Assembly (NCBI GenBank): GCA_020891255.1
Contig: BQFW01000002.1
Location: forward strand, 2,914,001 to 2,978,000
From: Entomortierella parvispora E1425
Lineage: Eukaryota; Fungi; Mortierellomycota
DNA length: 64,000 nt
Direction of reading: 5' to 3'
Part shown: in pieces, positions 58,568 to 64,000 of the stretch
Numbering within the stretch: the stretch's first letter is position 1
How the letters are laid out: each line of letters opens with the position of its first letter
Made by a program: the position numbers and the translations under genes
Notes under the pieces: model-generated
Database searches by the model: none
What the model saw: the letters and a program-made list of their open reading frames with translations, nothing else
What the model was told of the DNA's origin: nothing

Positions 58568-59557
58568 GCACAAACTTCCTTGCATCTACCCCCTTCATTT
58601 GAATACTCGACAATATCCCCATCAAAAATTGTACAACACCAAGGCCTCTCCACTCTTCATCCCCGACATTACCCCCCCCCCCCCATCCTTTTCACCATCA
58701 CCACCGACATTTTTGACGACCCATGAAAAAAAGACAAAAGCACCAAAAAACAATTGAAAACCCAACCAGAAACCCTCACAAAAAAATCAACCAAGAAAAA
58801 AAGAGATTTCTTTTTTTTGACAAACACCGCCCCTGCCTTTTTCGTTAGACACTTTTCTCACCAAAAACCAAAACCAAAAGATGCAACGCAACCCTTGCCT
58901 TGAATATTAAGAAGGGTTGTGAGGAGGTTTACTCTCTGGAGCCTTCAAAAAGCTCTGGAATCCAAGTTGTTGGATTAAAAAAAACAGAAATATTCACCCC
59001 CAAAAAACCCTTACAATAAAAAAACACTTTTTGTTCATCACAAACTTGATAACGTTATTAGGGTGAAGAACTGACTCGATGCAGTTGGTTCGCTCGTGTG
59101 TTGGTTGAGAGACAAGAAATGAAAGAGCACACGCGCTTTGGCGCGTTCAGGCGCAGTGCTCATATCGAGACATGGTCTCTCAAAATCTTTCGCCAATCTC
59201 GTGAAGTGGAAGAAACCCTGGTATCTCAACTGTTGGACGTGTATTTCGATTACGACCGAGAAAGAAAATCTTTTTTTTTCCTCGGATTGAGTTATCATCC
59301 ATGGCCCTCCCCTCGCGTCCAAGAAACAATGCAAGAGATATAATTTGTTGATCTGCATTGCAGTGGGGTATCAACGCGGAGAAAGTCTTGAACCCGATCG
59401 ATCAGTCTTTGTTTTCTTGTCGCCGTCATTAATGATGTTTGAGCAGATCAACTTTCCCTTTTTTTTCTACTTTTGATTTGCTGTACTGTACAGTACATAC
59501 ACTTCCTCCTCTCAACCTTTTCCCTTCACCCAATCTTTACTTTGTCCAACACTCGCC

Positions 59558-60935
59558 ATGAGGGCTACCTTCATCATTGCAGCCATCGCTGCAGCCACCA
59601 CCGTCTCGGCCTACCAGTGCCCTGACACCACCCAAATCAACCAGGCTTGCCGTAGCATCAGTGTCGCTCCATGTAGGTTTTCATGATTTCGACTTTTCTC
59701 GCGTTGTAGATGTACTCAAAGTGAAGATGTCGAGTGTGACGGAAAATCGAACCGAGAATCGAACCGAGATCCGAACTAACAAGGATCAATCCCCTTTTTC
59801 TCTTCTTCTTCCAATATTGGTCTCAAGTGGTCTGCAACAACCCCAAAGTCAACGTCAATGAGTGCAATGCCAAACAATGCAACCAGACCTACATCAACAA
59901 CTACTCTGATTGTCAGTGCCGTAGCAACCCTAACATGTTTTACGAGGTATTGGAGAAATCATATAGACGAACGATTTGGACCGTGTTAGTTTAGTAGTGT
60001 CAAACATGCGCAGAGATTTTTTTTTTTGCTGATTCTTTTCTTTTCTCCACCTTTCCATTGCAAATTGCCTCTAGCACTCTGTCAATGTTCAGGGTCTCCT
60101 CAAACGTTGCGGTGTTGCTGGTTTGACCAATCCCTATGGTAGCCCTACCCAGTACAGACCTGGCCAGGGTACCCAGACCTTTTCTGCTTCATCCTCTGCC
60201 AGTGGCGGAATTGGGGCCGCCACCCGTGTCTACAACGGAACCGCCTACTACGGAGGCAGAAACACTGTCGTCAGTGGCACCACCCGTCTCGTCAACGCCA
60301 CCGCCGTTGTTCACGGAACCACCATCGTCCGTGGTACCACCACCTGGGTCTCTGGTACCCCCGGTATTGTCAGTGGAACCTCCACCTGGGGTAACGGTGC
60401 CACTCGCACCGGCACCACCACCGCCGCTCCCATTGTTGCTCCCTCGGAGACTCCCGTCGTCAAGAAGCAGGGCAGAAAGCTCTCTGGAGGAGCGATTGCC
60501 GGTATTGTTATTGCTTGTTTGGCTGCCCTGGCTTTACTCGGACTTTTGGGTTGGTGCTTGTCAAAGAGAAGAAAACAGCACACCATTTATAATAACCAGA
60601 CCACTACCTCGTATGACAACCGTGGCCCCACCCGCACCGTTGTGACCGAGAAGGTTGAGCCCGTCGTTGTCAAGTCTGGTGCCCATCAGACCTACAACAA
60701 CGTTCCGGCCGGTACCACCACCTACACCACCACCCAGTCGGTCCCTGTCCAGCAGAACTACAACACCAACACCTATGGTACCAACACTGCTACCCACCCC
60801 TCGACCTCGTACAACACCACCACCACCGGCTACAACGACGCCCGCGGTGCCGTCAATGATGTCCGCGGTGTCGCCAACGACGTTCGCAACGGTGTCCGTG
60901 GTGCCACTAACGCTGCCAACAACGCTATCCACTAA
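59558..60935 (+). CDS. Secreted single-pass cell-surface protein (signal peptide, 8-Cys domain, Thr/Gly/Val repeats, Mid2/SKG6-like TM); exons 59558-59672, 59828-59946, 60075-60935
   Basis: MRATFIIAAIAAATTVSA signal peptide; in-frame GT-AG introns; LSGGAIAGIVIACLAALALLGLLGWCL-SKRRK TM segment. Confidence 0.85.
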
Positions 60936-61239
60936 ATTTGACTGATCGTTTTGAAAAGACATGGTGATGTCGGAAACCGTCCTGCTATGTAATTAAGCAC
61001 ATCCTACATTTGTATATAGACACCCAAGGTTGTAAATAGGAAGTCCTTCGTCCGTTTCTTACTTTATGAATTCGTAATTGATAAAACATCAGTCAAGAGA
61101 AGTCTCTTCTCTTGAAAAAAAAATAGTCGTACCGGGTATGCGCTATGTCTGGTTTTATTCTGACCACATAGGGGTGAGTGGGGAGGCGAGGACAAAATTA
61201 TAGGGTAGTTAGGTTCGTGGTGGTAATAGAGTGGTGACG

Positions 61240-62345
61240 CTAGCATAGAATGCCGTTCGAGTCCATGATGTCAATCAGTTCTTGAAGCGGCACAATATCT
61301 TTCTTGTCCAGCAGATCAAACTCGCGTCCAAAGCTGACGAAATGGGCAAAGAGCGAGTTGAGATGACCTTCTTGGCAGAGCGACAGCATCTTGTCGTAAT
61401 GAGCATGGTAGATATGTGCAAAGACTCGGATCAGCTGCTTAAAGATGGCTCGTACAGACTGCTGAAAAGTCATGGGGAAACCACGTCCATCTTTGGTAGG
61501 GAAGGTATCTTCGTCGTTCACTAATGCCTGGATCCAGCTCATAACAAAGTCGATATATTGAGGTGCCGGTACTCGACTAGCCTTCTTCTGTCCATCCATC
61601 CACATGTATTCAAACCTGTCATTTGAAAAGAGATAGAGAGTAAAGTCGGGGAACCCGATAAAGTTAGACATCTGGTTCCCAGAGCATGGATCGAGTGAGC
61701 CCTTCATGAAGGAAAGGACTCGCTTTCTTTCCCGAGATATCTTGGGCCTCTTACCCTGGTCCTGCAGACATGGTGTGGCAATCCCGCAAAGTACAAAAGT
61801 CTGATATGGATCCATAAAACATGCTGATATAGTTGTAGAAGTCAAAAACTAAGTGTAACAACGAGCGGGAGAAAAAAAAGACGGGGGTCAGCTAAACTTG
61901 TAAAACAGGGGGACAGAGAGCGGAAACACGACGAAACAGATCGCACGTTTATCCGACTGATCCTTTATCCATTGTTACCATTGACTGCGAGCCACTCGTT
62001 CCCGTCGACGTACTTTGGAAGTTGCACAATCGTCTTGAAGTTGCCCTTGACGATCGAGTTGTTGCAATAAGGCTGACAGAGGAATAGAGGGCGGACCGCT
62101 GATGGGGAGCGCTTTGGCTTGGTCTTGCTTCCAAACTTGCTACTGTTTAATGGTCACAGTAAAGGCCAAGATGAAGAAATGGAGACATCGTCAGTAAAGA
62201 GAAAATGCATGCGCTGCTCGACTTGTCGACATCTCTCAGGCTGGGATGCATCAGTGATACCAACAAGACGCGTCTCTTTTCCAGCGAGAAGAGCGAGAAG
62301 AGTGATGGTAGGTGGAGTGTACCTGATGTTGAAGAAACCGCTCAT
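61240..62345 (-). CDS. MOB2: MOB kinase activator, Mob2 type; exons 62345-62323, 62142-61979, 61848-61755, 61615-61240
   Basis: LFLCQPY....IVKGNFKTIVQLPKYVDGNEWLAVNVFDF, MSAGPGFEYMW, PAPQYIDFVMSWIQ, FAHIYHAHY and HLNSLFAHFVSF. These resemble fungal Mob2 more than Mob1. Confidence 0.9.
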
Positions 62346-63300
62346 GGCTAGAAAAGTGGCTTGATGTTTCTGGGAGACAGAGGTTGAGAGGCAAAAGGTG
62401 GTGGGGAAGGGGTGCAGGTAAAAAGGAAGGATGAAGAGATGGAAAGCAAGGGATGGGATGGGATGGGATGGAGGCAGAAAAGAAAAGAGAGGAGAGTGTG
62501 GAGAGCGAGTGGGGACAGAGGGCAGACAGCAGAAGACACACACAGAGCGGGGCAGAGTGGGACAAAAAGGACACTGACAGACGAACCCTCTGTTACTGCA
62601 CACGCCTTGATTTCTATAATTGACGGCGTCCTTTCCTGTCTTGACTGCCTCGCCCTTCCTCTTCCTTCCAAGACGCAAAGAGAGAAAAAACAAGTCTCTC
62701 TCCCTCCCCCTCTCTCCTTGGCCAGTCTGCTCTCTGGCCAGTCATGACCCGCGCTCTTCCCTCGATGCGAGATTTCATTCCCCTCTGAACCCCTCTCCTT
62801 GGACTGGGATTCCGTCGGTCGACGGAGGGCTGGCGGGCGGGAAATGTAAACACTTCACCGGATTCATCATTCCTTCCTTCCTTCTTTTTTTTTTTTTCCT
62901 TTCCCTTCCCTTCCCTTCCCTTTCTCTTTTTCCTTGAACCCTGCCCAGCTCACCACTCCCTTTCCTCCCTTCTGTCTGCGACCTTGCTCACTTCTGCCAA
63001 TCTGCACCAAGAGCAAACTTCTGCATCTTCCCCTTCATCCCCTATTACGTTTTCACCTACGTCTCATCTGAAAACTCGTTTCTACAGAGTGACCTGCCAG
63101 CCCTCCAACGTACGTCGGTTCAGAGTAATGAATGCAAATGACCTTTCGACCTACAAGATCGACCTTTTACTTGTGTTCTTTGGACCAGTCTAGATTGGCA
63201 CATTAGTCAGTTATGCCTACACCCACCTTCTCTTTCTTTGGCATTGACCTCTACTCCTTTCTCTTTTGAATGAACTCGCCTTTTCTCCTTAGAATTCAAC

Positions 63301-64000
63301 ATGGTGCCTTCTAACGTGGATACGAACTTGCAAGCAACAGCGCCTTCACCTACCGCAATAGACGTGAGCGCACTGAAGGACAAGGACACACTCAGTCGAG
63401 TGGAGGATGCCGCTGTTGTGGACAGTGCCCTTCCCGCTCCGCAGACCATCACAGTGGAAGAGTCGAAGCAACTCCAGCCAATATTGGATAATAGGGATGG
63501 CGAGGCGAGCCCAGAGCTGCTTCCAAAAGCTGCGCCATTGCAGAGCGGCCTATCCTCGGATGTCGATGATGATCCTCAACCACAGATAGCAGAAGGCGAT
63601 GTCAAGGTCAGGCCAGGTATGGCCTCCGAACCGGACCACGAGCAGAGACGCCAGAGGTCCAAGAGAGGACCAAGACCCTCGGATCAGGACGTTGACATGA
63701 ATGATTCTCTACCAACTCCCGCTCCAACTGATCAGGACTCGCGTATCCCTACGGATGAAAAGTACAGACGCCTCAAACGGAAACTCAAGGAAGTCCTGGA
63801 GGTACGACCTTTTCTTGTAGTCATAGGTGCCAAGGAATGGAATCACTTATAGCTTACTCATCCTTCTAACTTGTCATGCTATAGGAAAACGAACGCTTGG
63901 GTGTAGAGTTGGATAGATCAAATCGCCGCGCACGTCATTTGCGAAGGGAAAAAAAGTAAGAAAAAGTGTTTTGCTTGTGGATGTTGGAAAGGCGAAGAAG
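63301..64000 (+). CDS. 5' part of an INO80E/TFPT(Iec3)-like coiled-coil protein; exons 63301-63801, 63885-63955, continuing beyond the window
   Basis: DEKYRRLKRKLKEVLE|ENERLGVELDRSNRRARHLRREK resembles the INO80E N-terminal coiled coil (KYRNLKRKLK...). GT-AG intron in frame. Confidence 0.6.

Noticed and set aside
60228-60410. Homology to bacterial InaZ-type ice-nucleation repeats
   Set aside because: No 16-aa AGYGSTxTA periodicity and far too few repeats. Only the generic beta-solenoid idea is kept as a finding.
1-64000. Transposons, CRISPR arrays, rRNA or tRNA genes
   Set aside because: I saw no RT, integrase, DDE or helicase motifs, terminal inverted repeats, spacer-repeat arrays or cloverleaf/rRNA-like sequence. 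Small or degenerate elements could be missed without tRNAscan/Infernal/RepeatMasker.

Overview
Eukaryotic, intron-containing fungal genomic DNA. The short GT-AG introns with CTAAC branch points, poly-Q tracts, CT-rich 5' leaders and Crinkler, F-box and LRR families suggest an early-diverging fungus, most likely Mortierellaceae (inference). I found no rRNA, tRNA, CRISPR array or recognisable transposon. About 19 protein-coding genes were reconstructed by hand from splice signals and reading-frame continuity. The first 13 kb is an accessory, conflict-type block, all on the minus strand: two tandem Crinkler (CRN) genes, an F-box protein and a giant LRR protein carrying a Roco-type C-terminal-like domain without a Roc GTPase. 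The rest is mostly housekeeping or regulatory: NADP-dependent oxidoreductase, Caprin-like protein, two single-pass surface proteins, MARVEL-like protein, forkhead TF, NIPA Mg transporter, SCY1 head-to-head with an AGFG-type ArfGAP, C2-domain protein, C2H2 TF, PHD protein, arginase, MOB2 and an INO80E-like subunit. A decayed copy of the F-box gene lies at about 23.5-24.5 kb. The most notable observation is the CRN pair. One copy has an intact PD-(D/E)xK nuclease motif and no kinase; the other has a degenerate nuclease fused to an atypical kinase. This looks like a Spok-like killer/resistance architecture split over two adjacent genes (hypothesis). All family assignments come from motif recognition by eye; no database search was run.
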